From: Candidatus Aminicenantes bacterium
GTDB taxonomy: Bacteria > Acidobacteriota > Aminicenantia > Aminicenantales > UBA4085
NCBI GenBank assembly: GCA_963715635.1
Contig: OY970261.1
Span: 1,086,438-1,150,437 of the forward strand
Direction of reading: 5' to 3'
Length of the DNA stretch: 64,000 nt
The position numbers were made by a program, and so were the translations under genes. Within the stretch, counting starts at the first letter, position 1; each line of letters opens with the position of its first letter. Positions 1 through 9,299 of the stretch are shown piece by piece. The notes beneath the pieces are model-generated. The model was not told where the DNA came from. It saw nothing but the letters and a program-made list of their open reading frames with translations, and did not search any database.

Positions 1-68
1 CTTTTTTTCTCGGAGGAGTCATCATGGACCCCTGACTTATATCAAAGAACTGTGGGGATGTCAAAAAT

Positions 69-138
69 CCGGGGTCAAACCTACTCATTACGCCCGCTCC
101 CCAAGAGAATTATGCGTAACGAGTAGGTTTGACCCCGG
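69..138. repeat. REP-like palindromic element, copy 1 (arms ccggggtcaaacctactcattacgc / gcgtaacgagtaggtttgaccccgg, ~20 nt loop)
   Basis: Near-perfect inverted repeat read directly from sequence. It starts 5 nt after the stop (143) of minus gene 143..793. The same arms recur at 2588..2654 and 27801..27866. On the transcribed minus strand the hairpin is followed by a U5 run (reverse complement of aaaaa at 63-67). Confidence 0.8.
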
Positions 139-142
139 TTTC

Positions 143-793
143 CTAGAGAAACATTTTCTTGAAGACGTTGACCAGTCCGAGGGCGTAATCCACTTGCGTC
201 AGCGGCGCCTTGCTTTTCTGGACGATCTTGGTGAAGCGGCCGTCTTTGTTGCTGTCCTTAGTGACGATGATGCAATCGGCGAAAGGAGCGACGGCATCGA
301 TCATCCGTTCATTGTCGCTTCCCGCGGGACCCCGGGTGGCCTCGCCGCCGACGTGCACGGCGATGATGAAAATCTTGTTCTTCTTGCAATAATCCACGAG
401 TTTTTTCAGCCGCGCTTCTTCCGCATCCACGGTCAATCCCGAGGCACCCATCCCTTTCAGGCTGGCACCGATGGCGAAGATGACCGTCTTGTAGGGACTT
501 CCCTTGGCGAACTTGGCCGTGTCTGTATTGATTTCCACATGGAATCCTTCGGCGGGTTGTTTGCCGGCCAGGCCCACGCCGGCCTGGAGCATTTCAACGG
601 TCGGGACGTTGCAGTAGTCATACTTGATGCCCGCTTCCTCCATGACAATATTGAGCGCATTGACATCATTGCTCTGCCCTGCGGACGTGGTCAGCACGGG
701 CAGTTGAGCTTTGGGCGGCGCCTGAGATGAGCCTGTTTGGCACAAGAAAGCAAACATACCAACCATCAAAAACACCATCGCTTTTGTTTTCAT
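143..793 (-). CDS. secreted hypothetical protein (216 aa) with N-terminal signal peptide; fold/family not recognised
   Basis: ORF 143..889 trimmed to ATG at 793, which is preceded by GGAGGAG (reverse complement of 798-805). The protein begins MKTKAMVFLMVGMFAFLCQTGSS, a signal peptide. No confident family assignment. Confidence 0.6.
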   Translation of the reverse strand: MKTKAMVFLMVGMFAFLCQTGSSQAPPKAQLPVLTTSAGQSNDVNALNIVMEEAGIKYDYCNVPTVEMLQAGVGLAGKQPAEGFHVEINTDTAKFAKGSPYKTVIFAIGASLKGMGASGLTVDAEEARLKKLVDYCKKNKIFIIAVHVGGEATRGPAGSDNERMIDAVAPFADCIIVTKDSNKDGRFTKIVQKSKAPLTQVDYALGLVNVFKKMFL

Positions 794-831
794 ATCTCTC
801 CTCCTCTTGGACGCAGGATTTTCTTGTCTTT

Positions 832-2562
832 TTATCTCTGGGGCTCCGGCTCCATCAGGACGTCGATCATCCGGACGGCCTTTTGCCATGTCTGAGAATA
901 GGGTTTGCCGCGTCCCCGGTTTCGTTTTTCGCTGTCATAAAAGCCGAAATGATTGTATTTTACGAGCAGTTTGTCTCCGAGCTCCCACCAAGCATTCACG
1001 ACTTTGTTGGCATTGTCCAGGCAGTACTTGGTCAGGAATTCGCGGGCCTTGACCGGGCTTTTGGCATAGAGGTCCTGGGCCTTTTTATCGATCTCGGCGG
1101 TCCTCTGGACGGCGCCGGCTTCGTGCTCGAGCTGTGCTTTTTTCACATCTTCGATGGCTTCGGCATAGACGACCTGAGTGTGGAAATCGACGTAATCGAA
1201 GGCCCAACGCGCCGAGCCGCGGTTGAACTCAAAGTGATCGCCGATGCCGAAGGATTTGGGAAGGTCGTTGATCCCGGCATAGAGCGGCACGTAGCAGGAA
1301 GTGTCCTGAGGGCCGAACGCCAGCCACTCGATTCCTCCAATCGGGTCGGGCAGCCACCCTCGGCACTGGACCAGACTGGTGTATTCGACGTTGGAAACCC
1401 CGATCAGCCGCGTATTCCGCCAGTAGTTGGGATTCTGGTACGGACCGCCGCGGATGCCCTTGACGGGGTCGAAGATCGTCCCGTAGCTCTTGTCACGGGT
1501 CATGTTCATGACGTCCTGGACGGAGATCTTATTGTCGGGCTTGACCGAGAACGGCAGGTCCATGTTCTGGATCTCGGGGCCGAGCTTCAGCGACGGGGCA
1601 ACGATGTTGAAGAACCGCCATATGCGTGACGCCCGACCCTGGCTGCTCATGGCGCTTCCCTCGTGTGGGGAGTAGGCCCGCTTGAAGCTAAAGGGCTTGC
1701 CGCTGGCCGGGTCGTAGAGCTTCTGCTCGACGGCGAAGGAAATGACGTTCGGCGAAGCCATGAAGAAATCTTTATTGTTGAGATCGATCTCGCCGATGCG
1801 CGATTCATTGGGACATACGCTCACGTTTTCATCGGGGATGCGCTGGGCGCACCAGACGGCGCCCGGCTTTCCGGTCTCCGGGGTCCACAGCGGGCCCGCG
1901 GGCATGATCTCGAAAACCCAGACTTCGCTAGGGTCGGAGACGGCCAGCATCTCGCCGCCGTCGTTGAACCCGTAGCCGAATTTCTCGGCGGCATCGCCCA
2001 TGACCTTGATCGCCTCGCGGGCGGTCTTCGACCGCTCCATAGCCAGGAGCGTCAGCATGGTGATGTCGAACTTCGCCGAGGGGGTGTTATTGTCGAGCTT
2101 GCGGACAGCGCCGATCGTCGATTCCGAGATCGCCATCTGATTTTCGTTCATATAACCGAACATGCCGCGATGGTAGGCGAAGGTGTGGGGGATTTCCGGG
2201 ATCTCGAGGCCCGCGAAGTCCTTTTTGTAAAGCTCCCACTTCAAGCCTTCTTTGGGCGGCCAAGTCTTGTACTGGTTGATGTGATAGATTTTTCGCGTGG
2301 AGCCGGGCTTGTGGTCCGCCGCGGGAATATGGCCCCACGTCCAGTCGCACGTCCCGCAGTCACAGGTATGGGTGGTCATGGTCGAGCCGTCCACGGACGC
2401 CCCTTTCGCGATCATGATGACTGTGCACGCGTCATGGCCAAGGTCCGCCATGAGGTCATCTTGGGCGGTGTTGGCCTTGCGGGGGCCGATGAATGCAAAA
2501 GCGCCAACGAGCAAAAGGGCTGTCAGCAGGCCGATCAAGGCCCATCGTTGTTTTAATAACAT
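832..2562 (-). CDS. peptidase C69 family dipeptidase (Ntn-hydrolase), secreted, 576 aa
   Basis: Signal peptide followed by DACTVIMIAKGASVDGSTM, the N-terminal Cys nucleophile block typical of C69 dipeptidases. ~60% identical paralog immediately downstream. Confidence 0.8.
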   Translation of the reverse strand: MLLKQRWALIGLLTALLLVGAFAFIGPRKANTAQDDLMADLGHDACTVIMIAKGASVDGSTMTTHTCDCGTCDWTWGHIPAADHKPGSTRKIYHINQYKTWPPKEGLKWELYKKDFAGLEIPEIPHTFAYHRGMFGYMNENQMAISESTIGAVRKLDNNTPSAKFDITMLTLLAMERSKTAREAIKVMGDAAEKFGYGFNDGGEMLAVSDPSEVWVFEIMPAGPLWTPETGKPGAVWCAQRIPDENVSVCPNESRIGEIDLNNKDFFMASPNVISFAVEQKLYDPASGKPFSFKRAYSPHEGSAMSSQGRASRIWRFFNIVAPSLKLGPEIQNMDLPFSVKPDNKISVQDVMNMTRDKSYGTIFDPVKGIRGGPYQNPNYWRNTRLIGVSNVEYTSLVQCRGWLPDPIGGIEWLAFGPQDTSCYVPLYAGINDLPKSFGIGDHFEFNRGSARWAFDYVDFHTQVVYAEAIEDVKKAQLEHEAGAVQRTAEIDKKAQDLYAKSPVKAREFLTKYCLDNANKVVNAWWELGDKLLVKYNHFGFYDSEKRNRGRGKPYSQTWQKAVRMIDVLMEPEPQR

Positions 2563-2587
2563 GTTGGTCCTCCAACCGTAGTATAAT

Positions 2588-2654
2588 CGGGGTCAAAGCT
2601 ACTCATTACGCACATTCCCCATCTGATTTATGCGTGATGAGAAGCTTTGACCCC
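2588..2654. repeat. REP-like palindromic element, copy 2 (arms ggggtcaaagctactcattacgca / tgcgtgatgagaagctttgacccc)
   Basis: Inverted repeat 23 nt before the stop codon of minus gene 2677..4401 on the plus coordinate (stop at 2677). Same family as 69..138. The stem carries compensatory change AACCT/AGGTT -> AAGCT/AGCTT. Confidence 0.8.
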
Positions 2655-2676
2655 ATTCTAGACCCCGTTCTAAACA

Positions 2677-4401
2677 TTATCGTCGTTCCTCGGTTTCTGT
2701 ATAAACGTCCATCATCCGCACGGCTTTTTGCCAGACCTGCGGCAATGCCTTGCTGCGGGCCCGGCTCCTTTTCTCGGGATCATAGAAACCGAAATGATTG
2801 TATTTGACGAGCAGCCTGTCGCCGAGATCCCACCAGGCCGCCACCACCTTGTTGGCGTTGTCCAGGCAATAATTTGTCAAAAATTCGACCGCCTTGGCCG
2901 GGCTTCTAGTATAAAGCTCCTGGGCCTTCTTATCAATTTCTGCAACTCGGGTCAACGCGCCGACTTCCCATTCCTGCTGGGCCTTTTTTATATCTTCGAT
3001 CGCTTCCGAATAGGCGACCTGGGCGTGATAATCCGTATAATCAAATGCCCAGCGGGCCGAGCCCCGGTTGAGCTCCCAGTGGTCGCCGATATTGAACGAT
3101 TTTGGCACGGCGGTGACGCCGGCATAGAACGGCATGTAGCACGATGTGTCCTGAGACCCCCAGGCGAGCCAGACGATCCCGCCGATGGGAGCGGGCAGCC
3201 AGTTCCGACATTGGGTAACCGTCGTGTATTCGGCTCCTCTTGTCCCGATTGTCCGCGTCCCTCCGTAATAGTTGGGGTTGGCATAAGGGCCTCCCCGGAT
3301 GCCCTTCACAGGGTCAAGCGACGTCCCCTGGCACTTGTCGCGCGTAAAAGTCATGACGTCCAGGGCCGAAATCTTTTTGTCCGGCTTCACGGAGAAGGGC
3401 AGGTCCATGTTGGGCGTTTCGGGCGGCAATTTTTGGGACGAGGCGACGAGGTCAAAAAAGCGCCAGAGCCGAGACCTCCCTCCGCTAGTGGCCGCGCTTC
3501 CCTGGGCAGGTGAATAGGCCCTTTTCCAGCTGAAGGGCTTGCCGCTGTTAGGGTCGTACAAACCGTTTTCCACAGCGCAGGAGAGGACGTTCGAGGATGC
3601 CATAAAGAGGTCGGGATTGTTGAGGTTGACTTCGCCGATGCGGGACTCGTTCGGGCAGACGCTGACCTGGTCATCGGGAATCCGGTGGGCGCACCAGACG
3701 GCGCCCGGCTTTCCGCTCTCCGGCGTCCACAGCGGGCCGACGGGTATGATCTCGAAATCCCAGACTTCTTTCGCGTCGGCCACGGCCAGCATCTCACCGC
3801 CGTCGACAAAACCGTATCCATATTTTTCGGCCAGGGAGCCCATAAGCTGAATGGCTTCTCGCGCCGTCTTCGACCTCTCCATGGCCAGGAGGGAGAGCAT
3901 GGTGATGTCCATTTTGGGGGCCGATGTCGAATTGCTGATCTTGCGCTGGTTCCCGATGGTCGATTCGCCCATAGCCAGCTGCTGGTCGTTCATATAGCCG
4001 AAGACGCCGTGGACATAGCCGTAAGTGTGGGCCGGTTGGGGAAGTTCCAGGCCCGAATAATCTTTTTTAATCATATCCCACTTCAGCCCTTCTTTGGGCG
4101 GCCATGTCCGCATCTGGGAAATGTGGTAGATCTTGCGCATTTCGCCCGGCTTATGATCGGCGGCGGGCACATGGCGCCAAGTCCAGTCGCAGATGCCGCA
4201 GTCCGCCGTGTGTGTGGCCATGACCGACCCATCGGTAGAGGCATCTTTCCCGACCATGATGACCGTGCAATTGTCGGAGGAAATGATGACGTTGAACGAC
4301 TCAGTGTCTTTGCTTTTTAAAAAAGAAAATGTCAGAAATGATCCAATGCTTAGGATGAACACGAATGCCAAGAGAATTATTAGTGTTTTCTTATTTGACA
4401 T
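2677..4401 (-). CDS. peptidase C69 family dipeptidase, paralog 2, secreted, 574 aa
   Basis: Signal peptide followed by DNCTVIMVGKDASTDGSVM. Colinear similarity to 832..2562 over full length. Confidence 0.8.
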   Translation of the reverse strand: MSNKKTLIILLAFVFILSIGSFLTFSFLKSKDTESFNVIISSDNCTVIMVGKDASTDGSVMATHTADCGICDWTWRHVPAADHKPGEMRKIYHISQMRTWPPKEGLKWDMIKKDYSGLELPQPAHTYGYVHGVFGYMNDQQLAMGESTIGNQRKISNSTSAPKMDITMLSLLAMERSKTAREAIQLMGSLAEKYGYGFVDGGEMLAVADAKEVWDFEIIPVGPLWTPESGKPGAVWCAHRIPDDQVSVCPNESRIGEVNLNNPDLFMASSNVLSCAVENGLYDPNSGKPFSWKRAYSPAQGSAATSGGRSRLWRFFDLVASSQKLPPETPNMDLPFSVKPDKKISALDVMTFTRDKCQGTSLDPVKGIRGGPYANPNYYGGTRTIGTRGAEYTTVTQCRNWLPAPIGGIVWLAWGSQDTSCYMPFYAGVTAVPKSFNIGDHWELNRGSARWAFDYTDYHAQVAYSEAIEDIKKAQQEWEVGALTRVAEIDKKAQELYTRSPAKAVEFLTNYCLDNANKVVAAWWDLGDRLLVKYNHFGFYDPEKRSRARSKALPQVWQKAVRMMDVYTETEERR

Positions 4402-4603
4402 ATCTAAACTCCATCATCTGGGGACGCATATAGGATTCACTAGATGTCCCTGATTTTTTCCTGCCCCCGCCGAGATTTTTTTCGAGGACAATACCTTGGG
4501 GCGGGTGGCATGGCATATTCCCCGCACGCCCGCTTTAAGGATTGCTCCTAATGAGTTCATCGCCAAAGGCTCCATGGAAAGGAGGCAGAGAGCGAAGCGA
4601 CCG

Positions 4604-4638
4604 TTGGAGGGAAACCCATGCCAAGGGTTTCCCTCCAA
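4604..4638 (-). terminator. perfect 14-bp stem hairpin (TTGGAGGGAAACCC-atgccaa-GGGTTTCCCTCCAA) 56 nt 3' of gene 4694..5857
   Basis: Read directly. No U-tract follows, so it may be a factor-dependent terminator or an RNA-stability hairpin. Confidence 0.4.
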
Positions 4639-4693
4639 GAGTGTCCGACAGGACCCGCCCCGCCGCCCGTCCGAGAATAAAATGCGCTATTTC

Positions 4694-5857
4694 TCACTCG
4701 TAATAAACGCTTTTCGGGTCGGCCTTCGCCGGGTCGTTGAAATAGTGCCCCACGCCATTCTGGACGAGGTCCGCATACCGAGGGATGCCCTGAAGCCGGA
4801 TGGGCTGGTCCGGGTTCTTCTTGGAATATTGACGCATGATTTCGAGAGCGACGGAGCAATGTTGGCCGACACGCTTCTCCATCGGCCAGCCCTTCTCGTC
4901 ATACGGGACGAACAATTTTTTCTTCTTGGATAGGCTCAGCAAAAATGGGTCCTTGCCGTCCAGAAGCAGTTTGACCGTTTTGGGTCCGGTCGGCTGGTCG
5001 AGGAAGGGGATGGGAGCTTCCATGAGGAAGGGCAGCGTGTCGGAAAAATCGCCGATCTCCCTGTGGGAAAGGCCATGGAATCCGGAGGGAGACGGCTCGA
5101 CATGGTTGTCGAAGCCTTCCATGGCTTTGACGGTCATCGCCGTCAAGGTGGCGATCTTCGCGGATTTGTCGGGCGCGACGATGCAGTTCGTAACGGGGAA
5201 CATGGTCTCCGCGCCATGCATGTCCATGGCGATGTTCATTTTGTCCTGCCTCATCATCTGCATGGCGGCGTAGGTCACGCGTTCCATGAGAGCGCCGTGG
5301 GGCCGCCCCGGCCACGTGCGGTTGGTGTTCCGGATATCGAGATAGGAGAGGAGCTGTCTGTCGGGATAATGGATGTAGACGTCCGGGTCGGGCCACTGGT
5401 CGAGCGGAGACGCGTCGCGATTGCCCATGCGGAACCGCACGCGGCCCCATTCGGTGGGGATATCGAAATACAGCGGATAGCCGTCGCCGGGCTTAGTGTT
5501 GCGGCTGGCGCTGTTGTTGAATTCCGGGATGATGTAGAGGGTCCCTTTTTCGACGACCGCGTTCTCGATCATGATGATGGTCGCCAGCAGTCCCGCCGGC
5601 TCGTTGGCATGGGTGTTGGCCATAATCAACACTTTCCCCCCTGGCTCTTTGCCTTCGAGGATGAAGACATCGGTGTCGGCCATCGTCCCTTTCAAGCTGG
5701 GCACGAATTCGCTCAGCTTGATGACTTTTGTCACGCCGGGCCCCGCGATGACAGGAATCTGAAAATGCCGATGTTTGTAGAGAGGAAGGCCTCCGAGAAT
5801 GCTCACAGCCAGAAGGATCAGGACCAGCGCCGATTTGATTCTCGATTCGCGGGACAT
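4694..5857 (-). CDS. succinylglutamate desuccinylase/aspartoacylase (AstE/AspA) family zinc deacylase, N-terminal membrane anchor/signal, 387 aa
   Basis: LIMANTHANEPAG matches the GGxHGNE zinc-binding block of the AstE/AspA (M14-like) family. Hydrophobic N-terminus. Confidence 0.7.
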   Translation of the reverse strand: MSRESRIKSALVLILLAVSILGGLPLYKHRHFQIPVIAGPGVTKVIKLSEFVPSLKGTMADTDVFILEGKEPGGKVLIMANTHANEPAGLLATIIMIENAVVEKGTLYIIPEFNNSASRNTKPGDGYPLYFDIPTEWGRVRFRMGNRDASPLDQWPDPDVYIHYPDRQLLSYLDIRNTNRTWPGRPHGALMERVTYAAMQMMRQDKMNIAMDMHGAETMFPVTNCIVAPDKSAKIATLTAMTVKAMEGFDNHVEPSPSGFHGLSHREIGDFSDTLPFLMEAPIPFLDQPTGPKTVKLLLDGKDPFLLSLSKKKKLFVPYDEKGWPMEKRVGQHCSVALEIMRQYSKKNPDQPIRLQGIPRYADLVQNGVGHYFNDPAKADPKSVYYE

Positions 5858-5869
5858 CTTTTTTCCTTT

Positions 5870-6025
5870 TTATTTGAAGCGCAGGATGCGGAGCAAGAGC
5901 GGCACCAGGACCAGCAGGTACAGGATCATATCGTTAACGTTCTTTTTTTCGTGGATAAAGTTCCAGATGAGCATCGCCGCGACATAGGCGCTGATGACAT
6001 AATAGAGGATCATGATCAGGGGCAT
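5870..6025 (-). CDS. small hydrophobic membrane peptide (51 aa, MPLIMILYYVISAYVAAMLIWNF...RILRFK), below the ORF-track cutoff
   Basis: ATG at 6025 is preceded by GAGGAG (reverse complement of 6031-6036) and 12 nt after the upstream permease stop. The peptide ends 13 nt before the deacylase start. Two hydrophobic segments. Confidence 0.45.
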   Translation of the reverse strand: MPLIMILYYVISAYVAAMLIWNFIHEKKNVNDMILYLLVLVPLLLRILRFK

Positions 6026-6037
6026 GGCATCTCTCCT

Positions 6038-7351
6038 CTACATGCTCCACCGGACCAAAAAGGCCAGCTTTGCGCTATAGACCACCATCAGGATACCCAC
6101 AGCCGTAATCACCAGCCAGGGAAGCCAGGTGGTCTTCAAGAATGACCAATACGAACCCTTATATTCAGAGACCATGACGCTCAGCCGTCCAATCAAGGCC
6201 GTCGGCGGCAGGCCGTCGCCCAGCGGCCAGAGCAGGCTCAGTCCGGCGATGGCGACCGTCGCATGCAGGCCGATCGAATCGAAAAACCAGATGAGGGGGA
6301 TGCCCAGGATGGCGGCGGCGCCGTACGTGAGGACGCCTTCGGAAAACGGGATGATCGCGGTGAGCAGGATATAAAGAAGGATGAGCGGCGTGCTGATGAC
6401 GGCAAAGGAGAGCAGGCCTCGGACTCCCGTCGCCGTCATGATCTGCTGGAGCATCCCGACGACGATCATCGTGGCCAGCAACGGCAGCAGCCTTTTCATG
6501 GTGTCCCGTGATAAGGTCAAGACTTTGATTTTCTTGGGGCTGACGAGAAGCGCCACAAGGGCCGAGATGACAAACTCCAGGGGCAGCCCGAAAATAGGCA
6601 GTGCAAACGGCCAGATCCTCGAGGCGACGATGAGCCCGAAAAAGACAAGAAATGGAAGCAAGACTCTCCACCAGGTCATGCCCTTGGGGGCTTCGGGCAT
6701 ATTCTGGAGCGCAGTCTGCGGGTCTGTGGCGCTTTCTTTTTTCCAGCCCAGGACGAACAAGGTGAATGTCCCGAGCAGCAACACGGGAATCCCCAGTGTG
6801 AACTCAAAGCCGACGTACGGAATGGCCGTCCCGGCGCAGAGGATCATCGCCCAGATGTTGACGGGCGGGGCCGCCGCGCTGAGCCCGGCCCAAATGAACA
6901 TCATGGCGGCGACTCTCCTTTGGGGAACGCCGAGAAATTTAAGGGCCATGGCCACTGGCGCGCCGACCACCAACAAGGAGACGCTGCCCGCCCCGGTCAG
7001 CGCCCCGGGGATGAGGACGATGATCATCAATATGAACAGGGCGATGAGGCGCTTGTTGTGAAAGAGCCGGATCGTGCCGCGGACCACGTAATTCACGCCG
7101 CCGGATTCGCTGATGATGGCCATGAAAATGGTCGCCGTGGAAAAGAGGAGCATGACATCCAGATAAGGGAAGCTGCCCTCGATGAGCTGACGGGGGAGGT
7201 CGGCGATGGGCGGCGTTTTGACGAAAGCCCCGGCGATGCCTCCGGCCAGAGCGGAGGCGAGAATGCTGAGCTCAACGGATAATTTCTTCCACTTCGCCAC
7301 CGCGTAGGCGGCGACCATGACCAGCAGGATGATCCCGACTTGAAAAGTCAT
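6038..7351 (-). CDS. 12-TM permease, DctM-like (TRAP large subunit / ion-transporter superfamily), 437 aa
   Basis: Highly hydrophobic 437-aa protein whose length and topology resemble DctM. No solute-binding protein gene is adjacent, so the family call is tentative. Confidence 0.5.
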   Translation of the reverse strand: MTFQVGIILLVMVAAYAVAKWKKLSVELSILASALAGGIAGAFVKTPPIADLPRQLIEGSFPYLDVMLLFSTATIFMAIISESGGVNYVVRGTIRLFHNKRLIALFILMIIVLIPGALTGAGSVSLLVVGAPVAMALKFLGVPQRRVAAMMFIWAGLSAAAPPVNIWAMILCAGTAIPYVGFEFTLGIPVLLLGTFTLFVLGWKKESATDPQTALQNMPEAPKGMTWWRVLLPFLVFFGLIVASRIWPFALPIFGLPLEFVISALVALLVSPKKIKVLTLSRDTMKRLLPLLATMIVVGMLQQIMTATGVRGLLSFAVISTPLILLYILLTAIIPFSEGVLTYGAAAILGIPLIWFFDSIGLHATVAIAGLSLLWPLGDGLPPTALIGRLSVMVSEYKGSYWSFLKTTWLPWLVITAVGILMVVYSAKLAFLVRWSM

Positions 7352-7468
7352 GCCTTCAGCCTAGCAGCCATTTTATATTTTGCTTTTCCCAATAGTCAAG
7401 CCCGAACCCGTTCCGCTTCTGATTTGACCCGTGTTCCTATTTTCATTATATTACTCCGCGCAACCGCC

Positions 7469-9265
7469 ATGCCGACCGTTCAAAAAAAAATCGCGGCGCC
7501 TGTCCTTGTCATCATTTCCGCAATCGGGCTGCTCTCGTTCGCGACGGCCTGCAAAAAGCGGCCGTCCCCTCAAGAAATTCTCGTGACCCTGATACAGGAG
7601 AACCTCCGCGGCCGGCTGGACAAAGCAGAAATCCCGCCGGAGGTTTGCGTCGGGGACGATCTCATCCAGGCCTCGACGCTCGTCGGGGAATTTTATCAGG
7701 GCCGTCAGTATCAGCCGGCCTGGAGCCGCCAAGGAAGCTTGCTTGCTCACGTCGAGTCGTTGCTTTTCGCTATCCGGGCGGCCGAACAGGAGGGCCTTTT
7801 TCCATGGGATTATCACCTCCAATCGATCGTGGCAAAGGCGAAAGAGTTCGTGCGCATTTCGGGCGGCGAGCCCCGGCAGTTGGCCTCCGTCCTGAGCGAC
7901 CTTGAGCTTCTCCTGACGGATGCGTTTTTAGTTTATGCGACCCACCTGGCGCAGGGAAAAGTCAATCGCGATACGTTCGAGGCGGAATGGGATGCGGAGT
8001 GCCGATCCATGGATGTGCTTGACCTTCTCCAAACATCGCTGGCTTCAGGCCGCGTTTGGGAGAATCTCCGGAACCTTCCCCCCCAGCATGCCTATTATGC
8101 CGACCTGAAAAAAGCACTCATTAGCTATCGAAAGCTGGCCTCGAAAAACGACTGGCCCCGGGTCCCGGGAGATCCTCCGCTTCAAAAGGGGGATAGGGGC
8201 AAGCGGGTTGAAGCTCTCAGGAGCAGATTGCTCAGAGAAGGCTTCGACGGCCGTCTTCAATCGAAGCCCAAAGACCTCTTTGACGAAAGCACGGAACAGG
8301 CCGTCTGCCGGTTCCAGGATAAGCACGGACTTCCGCAGACCGGGGTGGTCGATGAGCCCACGTTCAAAGCCCTGGCGGTTTCTGCGGCAGAGCGCATGCG
8401 TCAGATCGAGGTAAATCTGGAACGGTGGCGATGGCTTCCCCACGACCTCGGGCCCACCTATGCCGTTGTCGATGCGGCCAGCTTCGAAATGTTCGTGGTC
8501 GACCGCGGGCAGGAGGTCATGGCCATGAAGATCGTGGCGGGGATGATGGCCTGGCCCACGCCAGTTTTTAGCAGCCGGATGACGGATATCGTCATCAACC
8601 CTTACTGGTATGCCCCGAGCCAAGTCCTTCTCAAAGAGCTGATCAATTATATGAAGGCCGACCCGAATTACCTGACCAGCAACAAGATGAAGCTGCTGCA
8701 AGGCTGGGGGAAAGAGGAAGTCGAGGTGGATGTCAAAACGCTCGACCTGAACGAGGTCAACGCAAAGAATTTGGATTTTCACCTCCGGCAGGACCCCGGA
8801 CCGCTGAACGTGCTGGGCCGCATCAAATTTTCGATGCCCAACACGTATGATGTGTATCTTCACGACACGCCGTACCAATCGGATTTCGGCCAGTTCACCC
8901 GGACCTTCAGCCATGGCTGCATCCGAATCGCCAAGCCCGTGGATTTTGCTCTATTCCTTCTCCAGGACCCGGAGCGCTGGGACGAGGAAAAGATCGCCGC
9001 ATGTATCGGCCAGGAAGTGGAGCAGACCATCCCGGTGAAAAGGCGCCTCAATGTCCATGTCTTTTACGGCACGGCCTGGCCCCTGGAAGACGGCAGCGTC
9101 CAATTCCGGCAGGATATCTACGAGCAGGACAATCGGGTGGCCGAAGCATTGCACCAAAACCCGCTCAAGGCCCACAAGATCGCGGCCTCTTCTTTGAACG
9201 GCAAACAACCGGTAAAAAAAGAGGCGAGCTCTCAAAGCGATGAGAAAAAGCGCGATGATCGCTGA
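7469..9265 (+). CDS. L,D-transpeptidase, YcbB/LdtD-like (PG-binding domain + YkuD catalytic domain), 598 aa
   Basis: FSHGCIRIAKP catalytic Cys motif. Peptidoglycan-binding-domain-like stretch DESTEQAVCRFQDKHGLPQTGVVDEPTFKALA. Signal peptide after ATG 7469 (longer ORF starts 7340). Confidence 0.8.
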   Translation: MPTVQKKIAAPVLVIISAIGLLSFATACKKRPSPQEILVTLIQENLRGRLDKAEIPPEVCVGDDLIQASTLVGEFYQGRQYQPAWSRQGSLLAHVESLLFAIRAAEQEGLFPWDYHLQSIVAKAKEFVRISGGEPRQLASVLSDLELLLTDAFLVYATHLAQGKVNRDTFEAEWDAECRSMDVLDLLQTSLASGRVWENLRNLPPQHAYYADLKKALISYRKLASKNDWPRVPGDPPLQKGDRGKRVEALRSRLLREGFDGRLQSKPKDLFDESTEQAVCRFQDKHGLPQTGVVDEPTFKALAVSAAERMRQIEVNLERWRWLPHDLGPTYAVVDAASFEMFVVDRGQEVMAMKIVAGMMAWPTPVFSSRMTDIVINPYWYAPSQVLLKELINYMKADPNYLTSNKMKLLQGWGKEEVEVDVKTLDLNEVNAKNLDFHLRQDPGPLNVLGRIKFSMPNTYDVYLHDTPYQSDFGQFTRTFSHGCIRIAKPVDFALFLLQDPERWDEEKIAACIGQEVEQTIPVKRRLNVHVFYGTAWPLEDGSVQFRQDIYEQDNRVAEALHQNPLKAHKIAASSLNGKQPVKKEASSQSDEKKRDDR

Positions 9266-9299
9266 TGGCGCTCAAGATCAGGGCGGGCGGGTCTGATTA

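Noticed and set aside
69-138. REP-like palindromes as integron attC sites or CRISPR repeats
   Set aside because: Only isolated single copies occur at gene ends. There are no arrays with spacers, no integrase nearby, and the arms are near-perfectly paired, unlike attC bulged structures.
4440-4690. tRNA or other small RNA gene in the 293-bp spacer upstream of the C69 paralog
   Set aside because: No cloverleaf-compatible stem arrangement or conserved T-loop/anticodon features were seen. Only the perfect hairpin at 4604-4638 and GC-rich imperfect repeats are present.
5063-6145. Long antisense ORFs (e.g. 5063..6145, 1663..2556, 2728..3513, 22008..23054, 41538..42857, 44140..45651, 62978..63757)
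   Set aside because: They lie opposite genes with strong family-level homology. They have no recognisable domains and a composition typical of shadow ORFs in high-GC DNA.
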